From: Giardia intestinalis
Taxonomy: Eukaryota
Assembly (NCBI GenBank): GCA_000002435.2
Contig: CM018793.1
Direction: 5' to 3' (one strand)
Length of the DNA: 64,000 nucleotides
This document shows positions 10,559-20,817 of this stretch, piece after piece. The notes under the pieces were generated by a model. It worked only from the letters and a program-made list of their open reading frames with translations, was not told the origin of the DNA and made no database searches. The first letter of the stretch is position 1. Every line of letters starts with the position of its first letter. The position numbers and the translations under genes are program-made.

Positions 10559-11784
10559 GCAGTTGCTAATAATGATACTGATGCTGTTTTTTCGTTAAGG
10601 AAAGCACACGCTAAACGCCGTAATGATAAGGGGTACACAGCACTTATGCTTGCGCTCCGCAAAAGCTACTACGACATTGCAATGATCCTGGCACGGCATG
10701 AACACGGAGTCCAGGATTCTCTCCAGAAGACCGCTCTTATGTACTGCATTGACCGCCAGTCACTGCGTCTCATTGATGTCCTCGGACCTTATGAGAAGGG
10801 TCTTGCCGACTTCAAAGGAAAGACTGCCCTCTATCATGCATATGAGAACAAGAACCTAAATGTTATGGAAAGGCTCTGTAAGTACGAAGCTGACCTACCA
10901 ATACCTATTCTCGAGGGATCTGTAACAGGTAGAACTCTCTTGATGTTGGCTGCGCGGGAAGGAGACTGTGCGTGATTAAAGATTCTGATACCGTACCAGG
11001 CCGGAAGACGCGATAGTATGAGCTGGTGCGCTTCACGCTACGCCATAGAGATGGGTCGAGTTGCGTGCTTGAAGCTGCTTATCACACATGAAAAGTGCCT
11101 GCTGGGGGAAGATGGTTTTACGTAGCTGATGATAGCCGTAGCAATGCGCTCTGCAGAGCCACTGGTGCAATACAAGGATAGCATCCGCCGGCGTACAAAC
11201 GATGGACGCACAGCCCTGATGATCGCTGTGTATAGCAATAACATCCCAGCAATCAAGCACTTGATCGCCAGTGAGAAGGGGATGCGGAGACCGGACGATC
11301 GAACTGCGCTCATGATTGCTGCGGAGAAGGATAGTGCAGAGGCATGCCGGCTCCTGGCGCCTCATGAGTCGGGGATACGCATATCCAGCAATATACACCT
11401 GAGCAACAAGCAAGAGATCGGAAAGCCAGTAGCACTGATGCTGGCAATCGTCGCGAAAAGCGTACGATGCCTGAAGTGGCTGGGCGAGTATGAAAAAAAG
11501 ATGACAGAGATCAAGCAGCAGATGACGTCTCTCATGATTGCAGCGCAGGTGGGGCACGTCGAGGCAGTTCAAGTTTTACGAAGTGCCGAGGCGGGCGAGC
11601 AGGACTCTTAGGCTGGACAGCGCTAATGCACGCTGCGGCGTGGGATCATCCAAACATAGTCAAGTATCTCGTCCCCTACGAGCTGGGCTTGGTTGATGAG
11701 AATGACCAATCGGCTCTCGATCTTGCGGTGAAGTACGGACAACTGTCGTGCATAAGGATCCTAGCTCCAGCTTGTGCCCCATAG
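10559..11784 (+). pseudogene. Ankyrin-repeat (Protein 21.1-type) pseudogene: no start codon, two in-frame stops and one frameshift
   Basis: A continuous ankyrin-repeat translation (…GYTALMLALRK…, …DGRTALMIAV…, …DRTALMIAAEKD…) is interrupted by an in-frame TGA at 10973-75 and a TAG near 11123. A 1-nt frameshift near 11609 (D-S-L-G-W-TALMHAA continues in the +1 frame) runs to the stop at 11782-84. There is no ATG between the upstream stop (10556-58) and the first ankyrin unit. Confidence 0.6.
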
Positions 11785-12185
11785 TTCGGAGAGGCAGCAC
11801 TACAGAAGCTAGCCGCAGGCTCTACGGCGCCGGCGGCTCTCCGACCTGAAATCCAATCTGAGATATGTCGCTATCTTGGCCTTGGTAGAGTTAAGTAGGC
11901 CACCCTTCATTTAGTACGGGGCTGTTATTAGTTAACGCCGAAGCAGAGATCCGCGCATGGAGACATCAGCTATGCTTCATATGCTCTCCGTCGACCACAT
12001 TATGCACGCGCTTGTAAGTAGGCCGGTACGTTTCAGGGTTGTGCTTTTATTTTGACAAACTTATTGACTGGAAGAATGTAAGACTCGGCTACGTTTTGGG
12101 TAAACAACAAGTACAACCACTTTAGTGGTGGCTCCCTGGAGACCACGCGTAGTAACCAACGATAGATTACAGGGAAATTATCACG

Positions 12186-14084
12186 TTGCTACTTGCTGAA
12201 AATTGCAATAAAATGTTGATGTCTATGTCAGTCGTGCTTCTTCTGGTGCGGTCTTCTACATCTGCCAGTTGTGATGTTGACTACTGCACCGAGTGCGTCC
12301 CAGACTACCCCGATAACTGCATGATATGCCAGGATGACTATAAGCTAGACGTGGAAACGGGCAAGTGCGTTCCATGCCCAAAGGGTACATGGGGTCCCAG
12401 GTGTTCCACACGCAAGTGCTGGCTTACCACACGTGTCAATTGTCTAGAATGTAGTAGCACAGACCGGTGCTGGACTTGTGAAGACGGGTACTATGTGACG
12501 TGGTATGGGGGCTGTGGTGCGTGTGCAGAAGGCACCGGAGGCTATGAGTGTCAGGACCTCATCTGTAATGGGGTTGCACTAACGAATTGTAAGACTTGTG
12601 ATACTGCAACAGAGGGGACCTGTGCAGTTTGCAAGGATTCTTACAAGCTGATTCCAGAGACCAATAAGTGCGAAGCGTGCCCCGATGGCCGAATCGGACC
12701 AGAGTGCATTTCGATGAGGTGTCTGGCCACAACCAGAGACTATTGCCTCGAGTGTCTTTCTGGGACGAATCGTTGCAGCCGGTGTTACGACGACTTTCAT
12801 CCTAATGAGCTTGGAAAGTGTGTTCAATGTCAAGGGAATACCGGTGGCTACAATTGCGAGAAGACTAAATGCAATGGAAAGATATCCGAGAATTGTGCGA
12901 CTTGCTACTCAGCTGAAGATGCAATCTTGGAGCCAGGGGCATGCAAAGTTTGCAAAGATGGGTACTACAAGGAGTCTAGTAACTCCATTACTTGTACACC
13001 GTGTCCAGACAATAGATTGAGTGATGGGATTACATGCAATGCGGTGTTGTGTTCTGGGACCCGCTACGATAACTGCCATACGTGTACAGAAGGCGAACCA
13101 ACGTGCCAGCTCTGCATTGATGGTTATGGTCCCAATGAGACGGGCTCTTGCACGCCGTGCCCTGATGGCAAAGGCGGGCCAAACTGTGTGGGGACAAAGT
13201 GCACAGCTGATCAACTGGCCCTTGTTGACGACTGTAGATTCTGTGGAGATGATGGAGCGTGCGTTCAGTGTGCTGCAGGCTTTATGCTCGATAATAAGGA
13301 GTGCGTTCCTGTCAATGGATGCCAGAGCCCCAACTGCAGAAGCTGCACCGTCACAGAGAGAACAGAGACTTGCAAGCGTTGCCAAAAGGGATATTATGTT
13401 GTTGGGGGCAGGTGTGCACGTTGTGTCGGGAACTGCCTCGACTGTAAGAGCGCAAGCATCTGTGTTGCGTGCGAGGACGGTTATACGTTGACGGTCGACG
13501 TTTGCGTATTGAATTCCCCAGACGTAGACGTGGACTCCTGCAGCATCTCAAACTGCCTGGTGTGCCTGGCCAACAACCGAGACGTTTGTGCCACGTGTTC
13601 TAGCGGCTATCTATGGAATGCAAATGAAAAGGCCTGTGTTGTAGCTTGCCCAGATACTAACTGTATTGATTGCAATCAATCCACTGGTGAGTGCAGCGCC
13701 TGTGGCGTTGGATATGGAATGCAGGGGGCTCTCTGCTATCCTTGTACAATTAGTGATTGCTCTAGTTGCAGCTTTCGCACAGATTCTACATCAGGAGAGA
13801 GCACCGAAGTATGCGTACGGTGCTCTTCTGGAGAACTGACCACTGATGGGCAATGTAAGGAGATTGTGCGAATGAGTAAGAAGACGATTTTCGCTTCATC
13901 CGTTGGGATCGTTGTCCTAGTTCTCCTAGTGTGTATTGGTGTTGGACTCTTCTTCGTTTTTCGACGTAAGCCAGCTCAACAACTCGATGTTACTTCAGAA
14001 ACTCGTCTTATGAACTCTCAGAAAAATATGGAACCGACCTCTGTTGACACCAACCCCGAATGTGTGGAGTATGAAACTGACTAG
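12186..14084 (+). CDS. High-cysteine membrane protein (HCMP, VSP-like CxxC/EGF-like repeats, type I TM)
   Basis: Signal peptide MSMSVVLLLVRSSTSAS; dozens of CxxC motifs; a single C-terminal TM segment (IVVLVLLVCIGVGLFFVF) plus a cytoplasmic tail that does not end in CRGKA; AGTAAAT poly(A) signal about 50 nt 3' of the stop. Confidence 0.85.
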   Translation: MLLAENCNKMLMSMSVVLLLVRSSTSASCDVDYCTECVPDYPDNCMICQDDYKLDVETGKCVPCPKGTWGPRCSTRKCWLTTRVNCLECSSTDRCWTCEDGYYVTWYGGCGACAEGTGGYECQDLICNGVALTNCKTCDTATEGTCAVCKDSYKLIPETNKCEACPDGRIGPECISMRCLATTRDYCLECLSGTNRCSRCYDDFHPNELGKCVQCQGNTGGYNCEKTKCNGKISENCATCYSAEDAILEPGACKVCKDGYYKESSNSITCTPCPDNRLSDGITCNAVLCSGTRYDNCHTCTEGEPTCQLCIDGYGPNETGSCTPCPDGKGGPNCVGTKCTADQLALVDDCRFCGDDGACVQCAAGFMLDNKECVPVNGCQSPNCRSCTVTERTETCKRCQKGYYVVGGRCARCVGNCLDCKSASICVACEDGYTLTVDVCVLNSPDVDVDSCSISNCLVCLANNRDVCATCSSGYLWNANEKACVVACPDTNCIDCNQSTGECSACGVGYGMQGALCYPCTISDCSSCSFRTDSTSGESTEVCVRCSSGELTTDGQCKEIVRMSKKTIFASSVGIVVLVLLVCIGVGLFFVFRRKPAQQLDVTSETRLMNSQKNMEPTSVDTNPECVEYETD

Positions 14085-14278
14085 TTATTTATCATAGCAT
14101 AATCTGCATTGATAATCTCGCAGTATGTGCTAGTAAATGTTTTCTTGAATCAAGAAGATGCAGCGCCATTCTAGGTAGGTGTGTCTCTTGCTCGTTCATC
14201 AACGGGGATCCAAATCTAGAGTCTGAAATTTGAAAATCAGATGTCGTCCACTCCTGGTAGAAGAGCCTTGTGCTTTCT

Positions 14279-14448
14279 CCAAGGCAATAGAGGGCCTGAA
14301 ACTGGTGATGGATGCGCCGATCACTCGCCGCACTAGGCCAACGCTGGCCAGGATCATCGCCCGCTAGTCGAGATGGACCCACACGTGACCTATGTGAATC
14401 CCTCGGCAAGAGATGGGAGCCCTGGAGTGCTTGGCTGACAGAGGCGGA
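14279..14448 (+). repeat. Dispersed repeat, copy 1 (core 31-mer ggacccacacgtgacctatgtgaatccctcg)
   Basis: Aligns with 55155-55291: ccaaggcaa…gtgatgg…atcactcgccg…gaga(t/c)ggacccacacgtgacctatgtgaatccctcg…tgcttggctgacagaggcgga. Copy 1 carries an extra roughly 33-nt insertion. Confidence 0.65.
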
Positions 14449-15120
14449 TTGATCCTGACCGTACCGAAGAGTGGTGGTCTGGGCCACCTGCCTGGGGTCT
14501 GCTGCAGCAGCTGGCAGTGCCTGACACCCTCGAGTAGACGGGCGCCGGTTGTAGAGAGAGACGACCTCGATGAACTGGTCCTGATCGCTTCTGATGCTTC
14601 GGATGACACCCTTCAGAGAGGTGGCCCTGGACCGACGCCTCGACAGACCGAATCATTCCCCCAGGTGTGCTGTGCAGTGCAGATGGACCAGCCCACACGT
14701 CACTGAGCCAAACACGCTGCACAAGGTGAGCGTCGACACGGTCTCGTGCTGGGTGACGGAGCACCTGCAAGAGCGCACCGCAATCCATGAATAGGAGGGC
14801 CATACTTCTCCCCCGACACAACGCATGGGAGCTGTCCACTGGCATCCACGAACGCGTACTATGACTCCAAGATAGAGGTGCATGGGGAGCGCACCCTTGA
14901 TAATGGAACAGATAGTGCCCTCCACGAGGAGACGAAGAGGCACCCCGAGGAACGGGGTGGACACCCGGGGTCGTGGGGCGCGATCTTCGTCACGGAAGAC
15001 CAGAGCCCTGGATTCTGTGGGGGCCAGATCGCAGTGACCGACGCAAGGCCCGAGACAGCAGGTGCCCACTCAAGCGTCAGACAGTAGTTGGCCAAGGGAA
15101 GGGAGGAATCCTCAAAAAGC
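14449..15120. other. GC-rich, T-depleted (plus-strand) non-coding island 3' of HCMP-1
   Basis: No coherent ORF and overlapping short ORFs on both strands. The plus strand is rich in A/C/G and visibly poor in T. Confidence 0.4.
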
Positions 15121-15175
15121 ACCGCGAAGAACAGTAGCAGCTCCCGGAGGGATGAACATAAAGTTCTTCTTTTCT

Positions 15176-17791
15176 TTAGGATTGGATGGCATCCGAATTT
15201 CGGATTTTGGACTTTGCCCAAGAGTAAGTGAGAAGCCCATCTGCCCAGAGCAATGGTGGTTTGCAGGGATATTTACTCAGACAACAACTAGCAAGTTGAC
15301 TTTGGTAAAAAAGAGTATGTCTTCTGTTATTTTCTGCTGCCAACATGAGAGCAGTCTCACCATCATCATTCTTCTTGTCTTTATCAGAAAGGTTCTTCTT
15401 AACTCTTTCAGTATCGCCGGCGAAGGAAGCGCACATGACTGGGGTCTAGGATGAGGCCCCGTGTTTGTGGAGAAGCAGAGCTATGCTTGTGTGCTTGTTC
15501 TTAAGATCATGCATGAACACCGTGTTTCCAGCCTTGTCCTTCATTCCATTATGAGCTGGTATAAGCAGCTCTACTAGCTTTGCGCCCCCCTAATAACAGC
15601 CCGCATAAGTGCTGTCATACCATCATCATCTGTTGGGTCCTCATAAGATATAAGCATCTCAGCAACTTCTAGATGTCCATTTTTAAGAGAATAGTACAGA
15701 GCATTGTGATTTTTCCTATCCTTCAGTTCCTTCTGGCTTGGTATCAGCAGTCTCACAGAGTTTATGTCACCTTTCATAGCCACTTTCATAAGTGAAGTAA
15801 CACCATTGTCATCTAGCATTTTTGTTAGAAAGACCATCTGTATGAAAGGAGCATCAAAATTCTCATTGTTGCAAACTGTGTCCCAAATTTTCCTATAGAA
15901 TTCAGCAGAATCAGCAAGGGTGAGGAACAAGCGTTCACTCGAAGCAAGTTGATTGATGACTTCGGCAACAAGTGTCTGTATGTCTCTGCGGATACCTTCT
16001 ATTTGTTGTTTGTAAAGGTCCGATTCATCCTGGTTACCATTCTTGTCCTCACAGGACGTGTCCCGAATGAACCAGAAGCTGAAGTCGATGTAACGACGGA
16101 AGCTATTACGCAATTTGGAAGGGACTGAGTTCTCATATATTCCTTTGATATCATTGTTAAGTGCTTCCTTCATGTGATCTTCTCCCTTTCCATTACACCG
16201 ATGGATATCGATGAACAGCCTAAGTTTGTGATATATATTTTGACGTCGTTGCGGGGCTGGAAGTAGACTGAGAAGATCGATTTGAGGAGATTGGCGCAGA
16301 ATCCTTCTACACGACTAACATCTGTCTGCAAAATATGAACAATAAGAATGTCGGCAATGGCAGATGCGAAAGCGCCTATACAGCGTTCAATATTCTGATC
16401 ATTTTCTGTGGCACGCTCTTTGCTCTCGGACCCCTTACAATAGAGTAGTAGTATGGTCGGATAGGATCCTGCACCTGGGATGAATCCCGCTGTAAGCCCC
16501 TTGGTCGTCTTTTGTCAGTCGTCATCTTCATCCAACGCCTTGAGGCATGTTCCAAAGAGGTCGTTGAAGAGGGTTGACCTGCTATATGACTGGTCAAGAA
16601 TAACGACACGCGCATAATGAAGGGAGTCAGAGCTGGGATGCTCCGCGCAAGAGCCATATACTTCTTGCTGTATGCGCCCCCGTCTGTAACAAAAGGAGCC
16701 TCTATTCTTCAATGAATAGGGTCGATACCACTGTCTTCCTCAGTAAGGTGTTCTTCAGCAGCTTCAACACTTGTACCACTGAAAGGATATACAAGCGGGG
16801 GCTTAGACATGTTCATGGACGTAGAAGAAGTTAAAGAAACCGTAACATTTGTCGGAGTGGAGCGTTCTGCAAGATGTTCGGATTCCTTATGTTGATCCTC
16901 CGCTTTAATTGCAGGGCTATTGAGTGTTTGGAAAAAGCCAATGATCTTTCTGGTCGTGGGCTGCTCTGCCGGGTCCAGGATAATATCTTCTCGATGACAG
17001 TTCTTACAAATTCATCTGTGATGGCGCCCAAATCAGGCCTCCACTCATTGTCAAAGACTGCTTTCGCATCCTCTGGCTCCCAAAGTGTGAGAAGCTCGGC
17101 AAGCTCATACATGACGACTCCGGAGGCTCAGATATCCGAAGCGGTGCTCGTCTCGTATGAAGGTCTCGGGGGCTATGTATGCCGACGTTCCTGCAAAGGT
17201 GCCTCCACTATGCAGAGAGTCCTTGCAGAGCCCAAAGTCTGCGAGCACGATGCGCTAGCCGTCCCTATTCATCAGAGTTGGCGGGCCCGAGGTCCCCGTA
17301 GACGAGGCTGTAAGATAAGCTCCCGTCTTCGGCCACCTTGCGAGGGTTGTGGAGGTAGGCGAGGGCGTCAGCCATCTGCTCTAGGAGAGGGAACATCAGC
17401 CCCTTGGGACTGGGTTTACGAGCTGCCCTGTAGGCAGTGATAAATTTCTGGAGATCCCCGTGGTGGCGGTCCATGATGACAAAGATGGGTCGTTGCTCCT
17501 GATCACCTGGTGATACTTGATGACGCCGGGCTGGGAGAGTCTCGTAACAGTTTTCAGTTCGCACTCTGTGAGCTTCTTCTCACTACGCTTGATCATCCTC
17601 TCCTTCACAGAAAGGCCTGGACACCCATCGATGGCGCGAACGGCACCGAAGCCCCCTTTACCTAGCAGCTCGCCTTCGCGCTGATACAGCCCTTCGGGAC
17701 TGAACATGGGGATGCTATCGAGGCCACTGCCAGCGCTCTCTGCAGCACGAGTGGGACTTTCACTGACCATGTCATGCGCAATTAGATTCAC
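15176..17791 (-). pseudogene. Decayed NEK-like kinase + coiled-coil + ankyrin-repeat gene, fragmented by multiple frameshifts
   Basis: Collinear minus-strand ORF fragments in different frames: an N-lobe (LGKGGFGAV…VIKYHQVI; 17396-17791), a middle part (VIMDRHHGDLQKFITAYR; 17265-17564), a C-lobe (16831-17112), coiled-coil and ankyrin units (NGVTSLMKVAMKGDINSVRLLIP; 15574-16173) and more ankyrin (DGETALMLAAENN; 15176-15436). The architecture and motifs parallel the 51781-53335 gene. Confidence 0.55.
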
Positions 17792-18489
17792 GCTTTCTAT
17801 TACGCCAAACTAACAATTACTGTACTGGGTCCAATTTTCGCAGAATCTGTGGGTAGATAACAATCATGGATTCGGTGAGCCTCAGCCTTGCTACCTCCTG
17901 GTCGAACGCTTTTCCTCGCGCATCATTACCCAATCCCAATCAGCACAGAAGCCTCTGAAGTCGTGGGATTGCAACCAAAGCGCCCTTAGTGAGACAGATC
18001 TTACGAATTGACCCCTTCTGTCCATCAATCTGAGTGCACGGAGCCATCTTGTGCCAGTGTGAGCTCCTGTGCAGCAAAATAGGTACTGTGCTGCTGGAGC
18101 CTCGCCTCACGCGGTCCAGAAGTCTCACGAGTAAATTCTCGCTCAATTCCTGGCCAATCCGGAGACGAGGGCTGGTTGTAGACAACATACTAGAGGGTCC
18201 CCTCTATTAGTGTATCTAAAACCTGGCACCTTCCCCGGTCGCTCTGTGGGTGTGTGCTCAGACTATGTGTGGGCGTCGCTCAGCCTTGGATTCAGCTTAC
18301 TCACCAGCACATGTAGTCTATGAGTAGTGCCTCGCTTCATGGTCTTTCTTCATGGTGGATGATAGATATGGGTTGCTACTATCTTTTTAACAATGCTTTC
18401 ACTTGTCTCGACGACAGCAGCTATTAGGTCTCTGGCTCGCTATAAGGGGCATCGTTATTTGTTCTCGGTCGCTGCTTCCCCTGTGAGTA

Positions 18490-18700
18490 AGCAGATCTTC
18501 TCTCGCCACCTCTCCAGCTCCACTGGCTGGGCCCCTCGATGTCCGTCTGGCTGTGGTTCTGGGTCAGCGCTCTACAGTCGCGGTCACCTGGATCTCATGG
18601 CGGGCCGGCTGGTGGGTGAGGCAGGGTTGGTGGGGCGGTGAGGCCGGAGGGGCTCCTGGTGGGGACCGGGTGGGGCGGTGTTCGTATGTGCCCTGGATCC
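18490..18700 (+). repeat. Left arm of an imperfect inverted repeat of about 210 bp
   Basis: Nts 18490-18700 align to the reverse complement of 20281-20500 at about 85-90% identity. One example is a 52/53 match in gggccggctggtgggtgaggc(a/g)gggttggtggggcggtgaggccggagggg; another is cactggctgggcccctcg(a/g)tgtccgtc(t/c)ggctgtg. Left has a 12-nt insertion. Confidence 0.7.
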
Positions 18701-20280
18701 GGTGGACTGGGGTGATCATAGCTGTGGTGACTGGGGGCTATCCATCTGTGACTCACCCCTCTGTGGGCTCGTGGTCTGTGAGTGCCTCCACCCAGACAAC
18801 GCCTCAGGAGCCGTGCACACCGGGACAGAGAGGATGACCAAGGGAGTCAGGCAGCCCTACCATGAGGGTGCACAGCAGCCAGCCTGAGCTGTAGGGTCTG
18901 CTCGAGCGATGTAGTGGCAGACGACTCCCTCTGACAGCAGCCCTGGTGACTGCACTGGTCTGCTCTCGAGACTGAGTGACAGTGCACACAGATGGACCTG
19001 AGTGCAGGAGGACCATCCACACACGGACAGACTGTGTGGACCCAGAGAGGACTGGAGTCTGCTCGGGACACGCTGACTGTGCCCCGTACGAGAGCCCCAG
19101 GCAACCACCCGAGCACCCGAGAGGCAGTGACAGACACGGGCACCAGAGATCCCCGGCCAGACACATTACTGTGCTCATCCACAGGGGCATCAGAGGGCCA
19201 GGTGAAGTCACCCTCACAACCAAGGGCCTGATAGGAAGCCAGAGGACTCAAACACTACAGCACAGCAGGCCCAAGGGAGGCACACTCCAGGCAGGTGAGC
19301 AGTGGCAGAGCCCTGACAGCTGCCAGCCCCCCATGACACCCAGGCAGGCACGACTCGCCGAAGACTCCGCTGGCCTCCATCGATGACCCAGGGGGCAGCA
19401 GCCAGAGGAGTGAGGAGGCCTTCGGATGACACAAGAGGCCCGGCTGTCCAGCAGGCGATGGAGCACAGGTGGTCTCTGAGTACCACCCAGGCACAGGACT
19501 GACCATCAGAGTGATGCCCGATCACAGAGACGACCACGAGCACCCTCCACTGCACTCTGAGGGGCTGTCAATCATCCCACTGCCTCTCATAGCAGACCTC
19601 CTTGGGGGCAGTGCAGTGGGTGACCCGGCTCGTGCAGGAGGGTGCACACCCCTCAGTATAGGGTGCCCCGGCTCTCCCCGAGGGGCCATCAGAGCCACGA
19701 GGATGGGTCAAGGTCCTGATAGATCACATCGGGAGCTCCCGAGGGCACAGCAGGTGATGTTGGGTGACCCTCAGCGTACTCCTCTCTGATGGTAGAGCAT
19801 CCTGAGACCAAGGAGGACTCACCCCTGCCTATGAACAACACACAGCGCTCCACAACAAGGATCTACCAGGAGCAGCACAGCTGGCCACGGGGACAGTGCA
19901 GCCACCAGTGCCCCACCGTGCCAGTCTTCTGGGCCATCACACTAGAGGCATGACAGAACCCCATCCCATCCACAGGGTTGTCCATACCCCTGCTGGCCCG
20001 AGGTGAACTACCGTCGAGGCACTGGACAGGGCATGCCAGGAGGCTCAGCAGACCCGCACAGAGCATCAAGATGGGCTGCGATGGTCTGCCTCACCCCTCA
20101 CGCACCAGCCAGACAGAGCAGCAGTACTACTTGAGACATGCAGGGGCCAAGGGAGGCACTCAGTCAAGGGACACGACACGATCGTCGGTGCCTCTGTCTC
20201 GGGAGTGCAACGAAGGCTGGAGATCAGACACAACCACCTTGGCAAACAGAGTGGGGATCACCCACCACCTCAATGGTCCA

Positions 20281-20500
20281 CCGGACCCAGGGGCACATAG
20301 AGACACCGCCCCCGGTCCCCTCCGGCCTCACCGCCCCACCAACCCCGCCTCACCCACCAGCCGGCCCACTGTGAGACCTAGGTGACTGGACTGTGGGAGC
20401 GTTGCCCGGGACACAGCCGGACGGACACCGAGGGGCCCAGCCAGTGAGAGAGCCTGGTGGCAGCCCCCGACAGACGGGGCATCTAAAAAAGACAGCGACC
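20281..20500 (-). repeat. Right arm of the inverted repeat (reverse complement of 18490-18700)
   Basis: Same alignment as the left arm. The peptide TGWAPRCPSGC is encoded on opposite strands at both arms (ORFs 18393-18641 + and 20350-20592 -), confirming the inverted symmetry. Confidence 0.7.
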
Positions 20501-20798
20501 CGAGCTTCACCCACCAGGACGGCAGACCAAGGAGAGGCGCCACGGGTAGAGCAGAGAGTCTGCGAAAAGGCCAGGGCCCTGGACGCGCACACTCAAATCG
20601 AGTACATGCCCGCGAAGTGGCAGAGGGGCGCACCAAGCTCTGGATGCGCTAATAGAGAGGAATCCCTAGCATGTTATCCACAACCAGCCCTCGTCTCCAG
20701 ACGGCCAGGACATGGGTGAGGCTTACCCGTGGGACGTCTGGACGCACCAGCAGCCGGGGCCTAGTAGCATAATCTACATAATCCATATACAGCAACGC

Positions 20799-20817
20799 GT
20801 TTACTACCTAAGTACAT
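20799..20817 (-). promoter_or_regulatory. VSP extended polyadenylation signal (ACTTAGGTAGTAAAC on the coding strand)
   Basis: The reverse complement of 20799-20817 is tgtACTTAGGTAGTAAAC, directly after the TAG stop. It contains the AGTRAAY motif, and the same block follows the mini-VSP. Confidence 0.6.

Larger units (their letters stand above)
18490..20500. other. IR-bounded GC-rich non-coding element of about 2.0 kb (candidate foldback/TIR element; core about 1.58 kb)
   Basis: About 210-bp imperfect inverted repeats flank a roughly 1.58-kb GC-rich core that is T-depleted on the plus strand. The core has only short overlapping ORFs in all six frames and an internal roughly 20-nt direct repeat (ggcc(c)aagggaggcac…ctc at about 19262 and about 20143). 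It sits about 300 bp 3' of the VSP gene. Confidence 0.45.

Noticed and set aside
12579-13551. Minus-strand and alternate-frame ORFs (66-158 aa) inside HCMP-1
   Set aside because: Embedded in the coherent 632-aa Cys-rich reading frame; composition artefacts.
14092-14845. 131-151-aa minus-strand ORFs over dispersed-repeat copy 1 and island A
   Set aside because: They overlap each other in different frames within GC-rich non-coding sequence, and no motif was found. The shared peptide PPLSAKH with a 55.2-kb ORF simply reflects the DNA repeat.
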